A stretch of 64,000 nt of DNA, taken from NCBI GenBank assembly GCA_951406725.2, contig OX597821.1, forward strand, positions 310,001-374,000. Direction: 5' to 3'. The notes beneath the pieces are model-generated. The model had not been told where the DNA came from, did not search any database, and saw nothing but the letters and a program-made list of their open reading frames with translations. This DNA comes from Octopus vulgaris. Its lineage: Eukaryota. Below, in pieces: positions 40,587-55,442 of this stretch (its first letter is position 1; each line of letters starts with the position of its first letter). A program made the translations under genes and the position numbers.

Positions 40587-40961
40587 AGGCGTAGGGGTGG
40601 CTGTGTGGTAAGTAGCTTGCTTACTAACCACATGTTCCGGGTTCAGTCCCACTGTGTGGCACCTTGGGCCGACCAAAACCTTGTGAGTGGATTTGGTAGA
40701 TGGAAACTGAAAGAAGCCCGTCGTATATATATATATATATATATAAATGTGTGTGTATGTTTGTGTGTCTGTGTTTGTCCCCCCAACATTGCTTGACAAC
40801 CGATGCTGGTGTGTTCACGTCCCCGTAACTTAGCGGTTTGGCAAAAGAGACCGATAGAATAAGGCTTACAAAGAATAAATCCTGGGGTCAATTTGCTCGA
40901 CTAAAGGTGGTGGTCCAGTATGGCCGCAGTCAAATGACTGAAACAAGTAAAAGAGTAAAAG
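40587..40961 (+). mobile_element. SINE family A, well-conserved copy
   Basis: ggcgtaggggtggctgtgtggtaagtagc...ggccgcagtcaaatgactgaaacaagtaaaagagtaaaag. Confidence 0.88.
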
Positions 40962-41998
40962 ACTACTCCTTCATTTTACACACACACATGACCATGCCCA
41001 TATATATTGAAATACTAGGACTGGCCATCAATCCGTATTATTAACTTTTATAACTTGTATTATTTTGGTTAAAAGAATATTCAAAACACACAAATACAAA
41101 TAACTCCCAACTCCTTAGGTAGTCAGGTAAAACAGACGAGCAATGATCTATTGATTAATTAACATATCAATCAGTTGTGTACTACATTTTTCTATGCCTC
41201 AATTCTTTATGGATCTCTTGTTAATGAAACTCTGTATGTGTGTGTGTGTGTTTTGTTTGTGGATTAATGAGGTAACCAATTGTTTCATGCGAAGGGATCT
41301 TCACAATTGTTTAAGCATGCCACATGGAAGTGTTGGTACTTATTTCCATTTTGGATGAGAATTCACAAGATTACACGAAACTGAACAGGATTTTGAAATA
41401 AATACACAGATCACAAGTGGTAACTTATCCACCAATGTGGCATTGAGCACTCATTCTCACTTTTCAGTATATATATATATAGTCAGACATTACCATTTTC
41501 TGTAGCTATTAGTGAGAATATTTTTTCAAACATATACCCCATCTCAGTACTTATTGCTCTGTCACAATATTTTGTATACCACGTTCATGAATATTTTCTT
41601 TCAAAAATTATTTCTTTTCTAAACCTTTTTGTTATATTAATCATAATTACTATTAAAAACAGCATTATTATTAGCAATGCCTTTGTTGAAATAAGCACTG
41701 ATTCAGGTTCTATCATATTTCTTGATATATACATACACGCTGACACTTCAGATATAGTTATTCGAATTTCACATTCTTGATCATCAGACATTTATATTCA
41801 TAAATACACACACACACACATATATATGAGCAATCAATAAATGTTAATAAAGTGGAAGTGCAACAAAGAAAAAACCCCAAAACATAGAAACTAATAGAAA
41901 ACAGCAAAGTTATGTTGTTAAAAAACACACACACATACACAGATACACACAGACATATGTACATAAATATTTACTTACTCAAACTTATATAGATATGG

Positions 41999-42046
<48 letters not shown>

Positions 42047-45000
42047 TAAGTATGTATGTATATTTGTTATGTCATAATGCACATGTACATAATATGCAAT
42101 GGATTTTGAAATAATTAGTTTGATTGTTGGATTAAGAGTGAAAGACAAGAAAACAAAACAATATTATTATTTTTTTTCCACCACCTGACAACAGAGAATA
42201 AATAAATGGAAAAAAAAATTTTAAAATATTTGCATCACAAGTAAAAAAAAATTACCACAAATGTACAAGACATCACTGCAGCCATAGCAAATGTGAGACA
42301 ATGCCAATTGACAGCGACAAATATTTGAGCAATAATTATAATCAGACAAGCCCACAAATTAATTAACCAGTTCTGTGTCATTAAGTTCAATCTCAGCTCT
42401 AAGCCTAACCCATCCCACTAACTCAGGTAAGAATTCTATGTTGCATCTAACACTAGTATTATCCACTCATTTCTTTTCTGCTGGTAGATGGAGGATACGG
42501 AGGGGAAATATGGAAAGGAAGGCCTGGTGTGAAAGTTTTAGTGGGGGGTGGGTTAGGATGAAAATAAAGAATAAAAGAAAATCTTCAGGATGGAAACTTT
42601 TCTGGGGTGGGCTGTGGTGGCAAGGCGTTTTCTTTCTTTTTCTTTTGGTGGAAGAAATGATTTGGAGAAGAGAGATATTTCACGAAGAAAAAATTACAAA
42701 ACAAACCAAACAGAAAAAAAAGAGACATCAGAGAAAATTATAAAGAGAGAAAGAAATGAGATATATTATTTAAAATATTAATTATAGAGTGAGTGTATAA
42801 GTTATTTATTAATGAATAGGTCATAGCTGGTTCTACTTAAGCTGATATATGACCATTAGTGTTTCTAGCTATAGTTGCTATATTTTTATCTTCATAGTGA
42901 TTTTGGCTGTCTTAAAGTTTATGAACTAAATAAATAGTTCTCACTACTAGACATGGTTAAGAATTATATTAAGGGAGATTTTGTTGCCATATTAAGTTCT
43001 TTTTCTCTCTGCTTTATTTCATAAGCCCAAGGACTCATAAGACTAGAGTTTAACCTGGTTTCCATGGTATATAAATGGCTGAGGCTTCAACATTCAACCT
43101 GGTATAGAATGTTAGTCTGTTGCAAGGTTAACTTCCAAGCTATTGCTGGAGTTCAGATGCAGCTGAGTGGACTGTGGCAATATGAAACGAAGTGTTTTTG
43201 CTCAAGAACACAATACATCATCTTGTATGGGAATTGAAATCACGACCTTGAAATTGTAAGTGCAGCACTCTAACCACTTGGCCAATGCATTTCCATAAAT
43301 AAGATGTCGATTGTATTGTGGACAACATTGTGCCTTCAGCATTCAGATTCCTCTCTCAAATGCAATGCTTATTCCTTTGTGTTGTCTTGAAGGAATCATC
43401 CATTATCTCGAAGTTTCCATATTTCAAAGATGTGATTGTTTATTTTTAGAATGTAGGGTAGGTGCGAGAGGTCAGACTTGACGGATATGAACTTGAAACA
43501 AGTCGGATATTTGAGCTGGACATGACCAGTTTAAATGCTAAAGGGTTAACAGAATATTTGATAATCCTTTGTAATGACTTATATTAATTAAGTGAACATG
43601 TTTAAATTGATGAGTCACCTTAGGTTGGTGGTCACTCAGCTAATGTGACATGATGACAACTTAATATACAGTCTCATTAATAATTATGGCATCATTATTA
43701 ATATAGAATCAATCCACCTGCTTCAAATAATTAGCAAAAGTCACCTCTCCCTCTCTCTCAGTTCCTTCAGTAGTTGGTATATTTGAACAGGGGGAGAATA
43801 TGACAAGAAATTTACTTGCATTCTCTATAAAGAGAGAGGGTTAGTAAAATGTCTGATTGATTGATAATGACCAGTGGGAGGCAATTCCCTATACATAAAG
43901 TAATGTAGGTCATGCTTTAGCAGAGGACTTTCAGTTCAAATGTTATGGGCAATTAAAAAAAAAAGAAGAAGCCTGGCATGATAATATAAGAAAAGAAAGA
44001 AAGAGAGGGGTAGTGAGGCAGAGAAGAAAGAATAAGAGCATAGTTAAATTGGCAGGAACTATTCAAGCAGGACAATATAAAGAAATGCCATAGTTCAAGG
44101 TATGTTTTAGCAAGGGCAAGAACAATGAGCCAGAACAACCTCTACCCCCTTGGAAAGTTTTCTAAGCCAAGAAAGGTTTAGATAAATAGAGTTATGTTGC
44201 CTTGTCTATATAAGTACAACATAAATGGTTGATAGAATTTTGCAGTCACAATGAGAGTGTTAAGTAGCTTCGCAATTTAACAGGAGAACTTTCCTTTCTG
44301 TACAGCATCATTTTATTGGATATTTCTTTGAGGTTCTAATTATTTTATATATTTTCTCTGATGCCAATATATTTCAAAATAAATGACAAAAAGAAAGGAA
44401 AGACTGGAACGCAATAGCAATAAAGAACCAAAATACAATGATTAGAAGATACTGAAATTTAATTAGGAGATTCCTTTAAGACATCGTGCTACCATTTTAG
44501 ATCCCTGCTTTATTGTATGTGTTTTATATAGTTTAATTTATTTGAATTGTGAATAGTGCACGGATTTGTTGGAACGACTTGGCCCTATATTGTTAGAGGT
44601 TGTTGTATTGAGTGTAGATGAAAAGGAATCTGGATGAAAGTAGGTATAGAAGATGAGAGAGAGAGAGGAGAAAAATCGATCAGTCTGAATCAATAATATC
44701 AATTGAAGTATGTATATGTGGGAATAGAAATTATATATGAGTTTGTAATATACATAGCTATATTATACCTCAATTTACAACTGCAAATGTACACACACAC
44801 ATACACGTGTGTGTATAAATGTATGCATACATGAACAGAAATGTAGGTTTTTAACTATGTAACTTTGGCTTTTACAAATAGAAGTTGAACTCAATATATA
44901 AAATTGAGTATATATATATATATTTGCACTTAGGAACATTGGAATGAAATTTTTGAGTTACTATACCTCAACTCTATATATGTGTGTGTGTGCATGTGTG

Positions 45001-46799
45001 TATTTATATATTTGCATCTATATATATGTAACATATATATATATATATATTATGTGGGCACACATACACACATGCATAAATATATTGAAAAAAAAACCAC
45101 TAAGAAATTGGGCTTTGTGGTTAAACCTCAAAGCTTTCAGAAGCTCTTACTGAGGATTGAAGTGACTGGTTTCGTCCTTTTTAAGACACCTCAGAGATTA
45201 CTTTCACAGCCAGACTAAGTATATATGTCTATTAAGCACAGGTGTATGATTGCATATACATCTTTTTTTAAAATTTTTATTGATGTTGCATGAGAACTCT
45301 GGTTATTAATATTAGTGCACACAAAGAGACACATATCAATCTACATGCATGTTTAGTTATTCATATATAGCATCTTTATATCTTTTCTATGGACTAATAT
45401 GTCAATAGATCTTTGTAAGCTTATGTACGTCTAGCATTTGCATGTGTATTTAGTAGTCAAACTTGCATATTATTCCTAAAATATTATGGACAATTTTACT
45501 GATGCCATTCATCACCACTACCTCGAACATTATCATTATTATTATTATTATTTTAATTATTATTATTATTCGTAGGTTTAAGAAATGCATCAGTGGTTTT
45601 TCTTTCTTGCATAAAAAAAAGAATAACGTGCATTTTTGAAAGCATGCATAAAAACGTTGAAGGTTAACAAACGCATGCACAAGAACGTCTCAACAATATA
45701 TAATTAGAAAGACCCTTCCTTGTGTTGCTATTTTTGGAATGTATCAATGTATAATTAATCAGCTAATGAATTTACAAGCATAGATGTATTACTGTTCCAA
45801 TTGCACCAATTAAAATGGAATGACTAATATATTTATTCTCTGTTAATTATTATAATTCTTTTTTAATCTTCGGAAATATGGAGGGAAAAGACCATAAATA
45901 TATTATCCAAAAGACAAAAAACCCTAGTCTATTTACAATTTAATAATCTTAAAACTGCATTGAGTTTCTTAAATTAATCTTGAAATATTTTCTTAAGTTA
46001 TTATTATCTTTAACCAAGATCTGTTTGGAACATTTCTAAATAGAAAATGAATAGAATCGGCCATAAAGGAGCTGATTGAACAATGACTTGTACTTTAGTC
46101 TATAGGCTTTTAATATACTATCTCTGCCTAATCAGGACTGACCTGAAGAGTAGGGCTACACACTGATAACAACAGCTGTACAATATAGTAGATCAACAGC
46201 AACTCACTCTACAGTGCTTAATATACATACAAAATCTTTTAAATTCATATCTATCCTAATAGAGCTGATAATGAATAGCAATACATTAAGTTTGACCATC
46301 CTGTCTTATTTTTAGATCTGATACTCTGACTAGGCTTGGAGTTGCTGGCACAGTGACAAAGGCAGGAGTATATGTTCCATCATTGAAGCTGCACAGAAAG
46401 TTTCTAGAAGGCTTTGGATAAAGACAGCAGACTCATGGTTTGTTGCTGATGAGATGCAAGCTGTGATTTTGATCAAACTTGGATCAGTCAAATGGATGAG
46501 GAAGTGGGTCTGCTGTTGATAGAACTGAAACCTCCTATGTCCTCAAGAACATTGCCGATGATGAGTCCCAGAACATCTATTAGGTGTATCATGGAATTCA
46601 ATGAATGTATATTTCAAGAGATTTTAGGTTAAAATATTATAGTTTGACAATTTAAACCATGACATATATGTCTTATTTATGAACTAGCTGGTTAATTAAT
46701 TTCATTGCCAAAACAATCATTTATATGAAAGGAAAAAAAAAACAGAAAGCAGAGAGGTGAAAGAAAGGCGGGGAAAAGACAGACAGGAGAGGGAGTTCC

Positions 46800-47533
46800 A
46801 CCATCATCTCCACCACCAACCAGCTCCACCACAACCCATTATCAAACCTATAGCCACAACCACCAGATATTCTAGAACTAAACCTATGCCCTCCTCTAAT
46901 GTCACCCCCACCACCAACACCACTACCACCAGTACCGCCACTACCCCCACTGCCACAAGCACCACTGCCACAAGCACCACTGCCACAACTGGTACGGTCA
47001 CCACCACCACCACCACCGCCACCACCACCACTGCAACAGAAACAACAACAACAACAAACTATATGAATACCACTACAACCACTGCTCCCCGCCCCCTCTT
47101 CAGTACAGCCCCCTCCATCTGCCACCACCAATAACCACCGCCACCACCACCACCATAGCAACAACAACAACAACAAGAACAACAAACCAGCCCACCAATT
47201 ACTACCACCACCACCACCACCACAACCACCACCATCATTGATTTTTTTTTCTTCATTTTAAAAAAAAACAGCAACAACAGCCACCATCACCACCGCCACC
47301 ACCACCATCTTAAACAACAACAAGAAGAAACCACCAACACCACCACCACCACTACAACCACCACCATCACCACAACCACCACCACCACCACCATTCTCTC
47401 CATTAATAATTTTTTTTTTAAACCTAATCAACCTCTTCACCCTTCAATACTCACTGCCAGACCACCCTGGCCCATCCACCCTACCCTGATCCCACATGTT
47501 GATTTGTGTTAGTAGTAGTAGTAGTAGTAGTAA

Positions 47534-47568
<35 letters not shown>

Positions 47569-47600
47569 ATAGTAGTAGTAATAGTAGTAGTAGTAGTAGT
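46800..47600. repeat. Low-complexity trinucleotide region (CAC/CAA/AGT/AGC)n
   Basis: Direct reading; a similar CAT/CAC tract lies at 10840-11060. Confidence 0.85.
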
Positions 47601-47621
47601 GCCTAGTACTAGAAGATGTAC

Positions 47622-47660
47622 CTGGTGGGCTATTTCTGCCACTTCAAATCTCAGCATCTC
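47622..47660 (-). other. Candidate 39-nt cassette exon of the CELF gene ([13 protein letters not shown])
   Basis: Long polypyrimidine tract ttttgttttattttccctttttctgttccag, branch-like cactgaa upstream, CAG|gtacat donor. Open only in phase 0, the phase of this intron. Confidence 0.35.
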
Positions 47661-47849
47661 CTGGAACAGAAAAAGGGAAAATAAAACAAAAATTCAGTGA
47701 TCCAGTCACCCGCTCCCCCACCGTTCAGCCTGGAGGTAGTGGTGGTGGTGGTGGGCGAGCGACTGGAGGAATAGATTTCGGAGTACAGAAGAGTTTCATT
47801 TTTTTTTTTTGCCGGTTGCAATTTTTTGGGGAAGAAGTATTTTATATAC

Positions 47850-47938
<89 letters not shown>

Positions 47939-48214
47939 CATACATACATACGTACATACATATATGTATGTATGTATGTGTATATGTATGTATGTATATA
48001 TATATATACGTACCTACATGCACATTCTATTTTGGGTGTGTCAGTCTTTTGCTACTCTGAGTTTCAACTGTGAATACACAGAATCTTCAGGCAGGTTACG
48101 AAGACTATACTCACAGGCAAAACTCAGACTATCTTAAGACTAACTCAACCAAAATAAAGATAATATGAATCTCAACTATGGCATTGAGTACTCTTTCTTC
48201 TAACAGACAACACT

Positions 48215-48454
<240 letters not shown>

Positions 48455-48645
48455 TTCTTTTTCTGATCTTATAAATTACTATTTTTATTTTCCATTTCAT
48501 AATTTCCAATATTGTATGTTTGCTGTCCTCTTCTTTATTTCTTTCTTTTTTTTTATATTGAATTTATTTATTTCATCTCATCTGTCATCTTTTCTTGAAA
48601 TCCTTTTTAGTATATATTTTCCCTTTATATCATTCAATTCCATGT

Positions 48646-48681
<36 letters not shown>

Positions 48682-48839
48682 GCAATATATAATGACACAC
48701 ACATGCATATTTCTATACATAGAAATACACATACAAATAAAAATCTATCCATTTGTACGCACATATAAAAGCATATCGACATTTACACACACAAACATAC
48801 ACATGAATAAATGCATATCTATCATTATCATCATAAATG

Positions 48840-48884
<45 letters not shown>

Positions 48885-49286
48885 AATATATATACACGAA
48901 TATATACATAAATATGCACACATATAGGTATATATACATATATGTATATATCTTTATATATACACATCTATATATACAAATATCTATCTATCTATCTATC
49001 CACACACAAATCTTTCTATATATGCATATGAAAATATGTATATACATTTATACACACTTGTATGGATATATATATACATATATTATACTGATATATATAT
49101 ATATATATAGATATATATCTATATCTCTCTCTCTATATATATACTCACTTATACACATTGTACTGATATACATATGTGTTTATATATATATATAGACATT
49201 TATATACATTTTATGGCTACACATATAAACACAAATTCATATAAATGTATATAATTTCACACATGTGTCTGCATATATAGATACAC

Positions 49287-49317
<31 letters not shown>

Positions 49318-50124
49318 CACTGATAAATACTTTTTACCTGTCCTTTTCAATATATTCACACACATACAAATTTATATACATACATATATATGTATATATG
49401 TATATATGTACGTGAAATACACATTACTAATATCCCTGTTATTACAAGTTAAAGGTCTACAAGTTGTCCCTGGTTGTCTCCCTATTCTCATAAGGTGCTA
49501 TGGCATTAACTTGCTGCCTACTGCTACTTGTTAGAGGTAATCAAACATAGTTTGTTTAACATAGTTGAAATATGTAAAACTATCTCCCTAATATTTAGAG
49601 AAGTATGTAGAATTTTCATTCTGTTTATAATATAACTATAGCATATCTTTATAGTATTACTGTTGACCTATTGTCATGGCTAAAACATATATAGGTGCTG
49701 ACTTATTGTCTGTCATAAGTTATGTAAACGTTTGGTCTATGGATTTGTTGCTATGTCCCTGAGTTGTATAAGCAGGCTTTCTGGTTGTTTGGTGAGAGAA
49801 AAATCTATCATATTCTATAGTTTTAAATTAGATATCTAAAATTATATTTCTTGTATATCTATATCTAGCTATGAAGCCTTATATTTGTAAATACACATAT
49901 ACAGACACACATATGTTATCGAAAATACATACTCAATGTATGTACTTTGTTTGTTCGCTGGTAGGATACATATATATATATATATATATGGGAGGTACTG
50001 GTATCCAAGATGGCAGGTAACACTATGCAAGTGCTATGGAAGGACCGTAGTTAAACTCCCGGTTCGATAATGATATGAGTGAGGAGTCTAATGTGGATCC
50101 TGTATGAACATGTATATATCAATG

Positions 50125-50175
<51 letters not shown>

Positions 50176-50334
50176 TACACTCTCAGAGTGGTTGGCATTA
50201 GGAAGGGCATCCAGCTGTAGAAACACTGCCAGATCAGATTGGAGCCTGGTGCAGCCATCTGATTCGCCAGTCCCCAGTCAAACCATCCAACCCATGCCAG
50301 CATGGAAAGCGAACGTTAAACGATGGATGATGAT

Positions 50335-50395
<61 letters not shown>

Positions 50396-50631
50396 ATGCA
50401 TAAACACCTTGCCTTGCTTTAAGTCCTTAAACCTCAACGAAACCATAGAGGGTACCAGCATGATTCAGTAAGACTTTGACATTTTCAAGTCTGCTGGAAC
50501 CCAAGAATGAGAGGCAGACAGAATGAAAGACAATGTCGACCTCAGTGGAATTTGAGCTCAGAGCTTTAGCAATCTGATATGCCAGAGTCAATCAATTCAC
50601 TGCTTTACATGAATGAATATAAATATATATG

Positions 50632-50728
<97 letters not shown>

Positions 50729-51145
50729 CTATGTGCATGCGTATACATACATACATATGTGTGTGTGTATGTATATACACACACCCCATATCTCTGTATA
50801 TATGCACAAATACATTGTGTGTGAATATACATGTACATACATGCATATATATATATATACATACATATATATATATACAAACATACACTATGCATATTTT
50901 ATATATATGCACACGCACACTTTGCTTGTGAACATATATATGTATATATATATATAGATGCACATGCATGCATATATGTGTGTATGAATACATGTACATA
51001 CACACACATTAATTGATAAGTTGTTCTTAAAGTATTAAACACAGAGAAGCTATTAACAGAAAAACATTGTTTAAATTGAGTTTTCTTATTTAAATGACAG
51101 AAATGAGGTAACAATCCTCTCCAACAGATGATGGCTATGTGTGTG

Positions 51146-51207
<62 letters not shown>

Positions 51208-52906
51208 CACATATATACATATATACATATATATAGACACACAAAAACACACACATAGATCATCATTATCATCATCATCATCGTTTAACGTCCGTTTTCG
51301 ATGTTGGCATGGGTTGGACGGTTCAACTGGTGTCTGGGAAGCCAGAAGGCTGCGCCAGGCCCAGTCTGATCTGGCAGTGTTTCTACGGCTGGATGCCCTT
51401 TTTAATGCCAACCATTCTGTGAGTGTAGTGGGTGCTTTTTACGTGCCACCTGCACAGGTGCCAGAGAAGGCTGGCAAACGGCCACGATCGGATGGTGCTT
51501 TTTACATGCCACCAGCACGGCAGATATACACACATTTTCATACCCTTTTCTTTTTCATTCTTTAAGCTGCTTCTCACCAATTGTCTTTCCTTAAACCTTA
51601 CCAATGTTTGGTGTGTTTTAACTTAATTCCTGTAAATTTTTAGATTTATTCTATATTTCTATACACCTTTTTCTTCTAAATCTCTTGGCTATTATATAAA
51701 TGGGATTCTTTTCTCTCTTCCCCTACCTCCCTTTTTCTAGCTCAATATCTTTTTAAACCATGCCTTCCATTTGCTTGCAGACATAACATCTCTCTCTCTC
51801 TCTCTCCATCTCACCATTTCTCTCTTACTCTCTTCCTCTCTCTCTCTCTCACCATTTCTCTAACTTTTACCTTATGGTAATTCCAAATTCTTTACACTTC
51901 TATTGTGAAAAAGAAGGAGGCAATCAATAAATAAAAGAAACATAAAACAATAAATAAGAACAATGAAAAAAAGTAAATTTCAAAGAAATAATCAAAGAAA
52001 AAAATCACACATAAAGCAAATTAGAAAAGGAAAAAAATATGACTGCAACACATTTTTAGAAAAATATAACTGAAATAATATGGGTGATTAGAGAAATGCA
52101 TGAAAAATTGATATTATTGGTGGCACCAATGGAGTTTGGGGACATGAAGGACTGAATGAAACAATATTTTATATGATTCCTGTGATGTTAGTCATCAGTA
52201 GGACCCATGTAGTTATAAGAGTAATAGTAGTAGTAGTAATAATGGTACTTTATATTTTATCAACCCTGAAAGGATGAAAAACAGAGTTAATCTCAGGGAG
52301 ATTTGAGCTTAGAGCATAATGAAGCCAGGAGAAATGCAGCGAAGCATTTTTCTGATGCTTTAACAAATCTACCAGCTTGATGCCTTGATAATAATTGTCT
52401 CAAAGTTTAGAATGAAGCCAGCAATTTTGAGGGGCCAAGGGCAAGTTAATTACATCGATCCCAGCATTTAATGTGTACTTCATTTTTATCAACCTCCAAC
52501 AGGATGAAAGGTAAAGTTCACTTGACTTCAATGGGATTTGAACTCAGAATGTAAAGAACCGAAAGAAATGTCACTAAGTATTTAGTCTGATGTTCTTATG
52601 ATTCTACCAGTTTGTTGCCTTCCAGTAATAAGAACTAATGTTAGTCGTAAGCTGACACACACATATGGTTGGCTCAAGTACTTAGTTGGTACTTTGTTTC
52701 AATGAGCCAGGAAGAAATGACACACACAAAAAAAGAAAAAATCCCCCCAAAAATGGTACTTTATCAACCTATTAAGAATGAAAAGCAAAATTAATCCCTT
52801 ACCAACATTACCTGAGATTGAACCCAGGACAAAAAAAAATCTCTAAGTAAATAGTGCAAAGCCATTAATTCAACACTCCACCAATTTTGGTAAATATCAC
52901 TATTAT

Positions 52907-52966
<60 letters not shown>

Positions 52967-52968
<2 letters not shown>

Positions 52969-53190
52969 CCTTTCTATTATAGGCACAAGGCCTGAATTTT
53001 TTTGGGGGAGGGAGGAATTAGTCGATTACATTGACCCCATTGTTCAACTGATACTTATTTTATTGACCCTGAAACGATGAAAGGCAGAGTTGACCTCAGC
53101 AGAATTTGAACTCAGAATGTAGTGATGGGCGAAATATCACTAAGCACCTTACCCAGCATGCTAATGATTCTGCCAGCTTGCTAACTTAAT
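52967..53190 (-). mobile_element. SINE family B with long (AAT)n tail
   Basis: (aat)n-cctttctattataggcacaaggcc...ctgccagcttgc. Confidence 0.82.
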
Positions 53191-53914
53191 AATAATAATA
53201 AAATTATGTTGATGATGATGATGAAGGTGATGATGATTTCTCAGTTAGGTATGAGACAGTCATAACAGGGGAAGGATGAAGGTAAAGAGGGGTGAGTGTA
53301 GCAAACCCAGTATATTACTGGTTGTATTTTTTATCTATTTTTATTGGTTCCATATAAATGACTAGCAAAGTTAGCTATAAACAAGATTTAAACCCAAAAT
53401 ATAAGGACTAAAACTAAATGCTGTGACAGATTTAGTCTGGTGCACCCTTTCTTCTGTCAACTGACCATTGTAGTAGTAACAGTAGCAGTAGTAGTAGTAG
53501 TAATAGCTTTTGTAGTAGTAATTTTGACTTGGTACAATGTCAGACATTTTGTTAGTAGTATTTTTGTGTATTTTTGTGTATTTTTGTGTAATCAGTCCCA
53601 AGAAGGACGAAAAATATAGTCAAATTCAGCAGGATTTGATTTTTTAAACAAAAAATGAGATGAATAGGATGTTATCGTATCATCTCTATCACCACAGCTA
53701 AAAGGCTTTCAAATAAATAGCTGTAAAATTATCTACATTATACATGTTTCAGGTATTCTGAATAACATTGTGTTTTATACAATGGATTCTCCTGTTGAAG
53801 ACGATGTATGAGCATTCAGCTTTTATCGAACAACCAACTCAAATGATTTGTTTATAGGAGAGTATTGTAGTTCGCTTGAAGCAGTGGAGTGATCAAATAT
53901 TTGTGATGTATATT

Positions 53915-54102
53915 ACTCTTACTCTTTTTTACTCTTTTACTTGTTTCAGTCATTTGACTGTGGCCATGCTGGAGCACCGCCTTTCACTCGAGCAAATCGA
54001 CCTCAGGACTTATTCTTCATAAGCCTAGTACTTCTTCTAAAGTTTCAGGGATGTAAACACACCAGCATCGGTTGTCAAGCGATGTTGGGGGGACAAACAC
54101 AA

Positions 54103-54139
<37 letters not shown>

Positions 54140-54722
54140 CGACAGGCTTCTTTCAGTTTCCGTCTACCAAATCCACTCACAAGGCTTTGGTTGGTCCGAG
54201 GCTATAGTAGAAGACACTTGTCCAAGGTGCCACGCAGTGGGACTGAACCTGGAACAATGTGGTTGGTAAGCAAGCTACTTACCACACAGCCACTCCTAGC
54301 TCATTCTTTCCATCAAATCGACGTTGCCTGACAAGTGCATGGTGTACCAAGTGTCAAGTGTTGAAATGATTGAAGAGTAATGCGAGAGGAAATGTCTTGC
54401 TCAAGAACACAATGCACCACCCAGTCTAGGAATTGAAACCATGATCTCATGATAGTGAATGCAACACCCTAACCATTAGGCCATGCATCCTTTATGTATA
54501 TACGCTCTCTTTTACTCTTTTACTTGTTTCAGTCATTTGACTGCAGCCATGCTGGAGCATCACCTTTAGTCAAGCAAATTGACCCCAGGACTTATTCTTT
54601 GGAAGCCTAGTACTTATATTATCGGTCTCGTTTTACTGAACTGCTAAGTTACGGGGACGTAAACACACCACCATTGGTTGTCAAGCGATGCCGGGGGGAC
54701 AAACACAGACACACAAACATAT

Positions 54723-54792
<70 letters not shown>

Positions 54793-54942
54793 CAGGCTTC
54801 TTTTCAGTTTCTGTCTAACAAATTCACTCACAAGGCTTTGGTCGGCCTGAGGCGATAGAAGAAGACACTTGCCCAAGGTGCCACGCAGTGGGAATGAACC
54901 CGGAACCATGTGGTTGGTAAGCAAGCTACTTACCACACAGCC
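53915..54942 (-). mobile_element. Two SINE family A copies (53915-54298, 54505-54942) separated by a family C fragment
   Basis: Both begin (actctttt)n-acttgtttcagtcatttgactg and end ctacttaccacacagcc. Confidence 0.85.
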
Positions 54943-55360
54943 AAAAAAATAGCAGTAGCTTATAATAAGTTGGTTTGCCACATGAAAGCATCCAACTTTA
55001 GAAAATTGTCCTCAACAAATTTTGTCTGACCCATGCAAACATGGCAAAACAGACATTGCTATGATAACGATAATACTAACCAAATAGAGAGGTTTAAAAT
55101 TTCCATGTAAAATAATTAGAAGAATAAAGTTCAGTAAATTTAACAAAGTACAATAAAAAAGAAAAAAAACTAAATTTATTATTGGGATTTCATATATATA
55201 TATATATATATAGTGGTTGTATACTGTCAACTTATCGTGACAGTCCTGTGAGGGAGTTACACCACCACTGTTTAGCCCTAGGAAGCATCGACGCTTCCAG
55301 TCGGCTTCGACACATTTCCTGTGTCCTTATATATTTACGAAGGGGAGACAAATACCCCCA

Positions 55361-55442
55361 AAAGCTAGGCCTGCATCTAGAGACACGCATGTTTCAGGGT
55401 CTTTGCTCATCATCGGTCTAGAGTAGCAGAAGCCTGCTAGCT
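55361..55442 (-). ncRNA. Type I hammerhead-ribozyme-like motif (degenerate)
   Basis: Minus strand: tctaga CCGATGA tgagcaaagaccct GAAAC atgcgt GTC tctaga, with extended stem I pairing. U4C core variant and damaged stem II. Confidence 0.55.

Noticed and set aside
46721-47277. Thr-rich and Gly/Val-rich ORFs suggesting a mucin-like protein
   Set aside because: Low-complexity trinucleotide tracts, open in several frames on both strands, with no recognisable domain.
50000-50095. TAACACT...CCG..CCGG...AGTGAGGAG resembling a twister ribozyme
   Set aside because: The conserved L4 loop and pseudoknot pairings could not be built.
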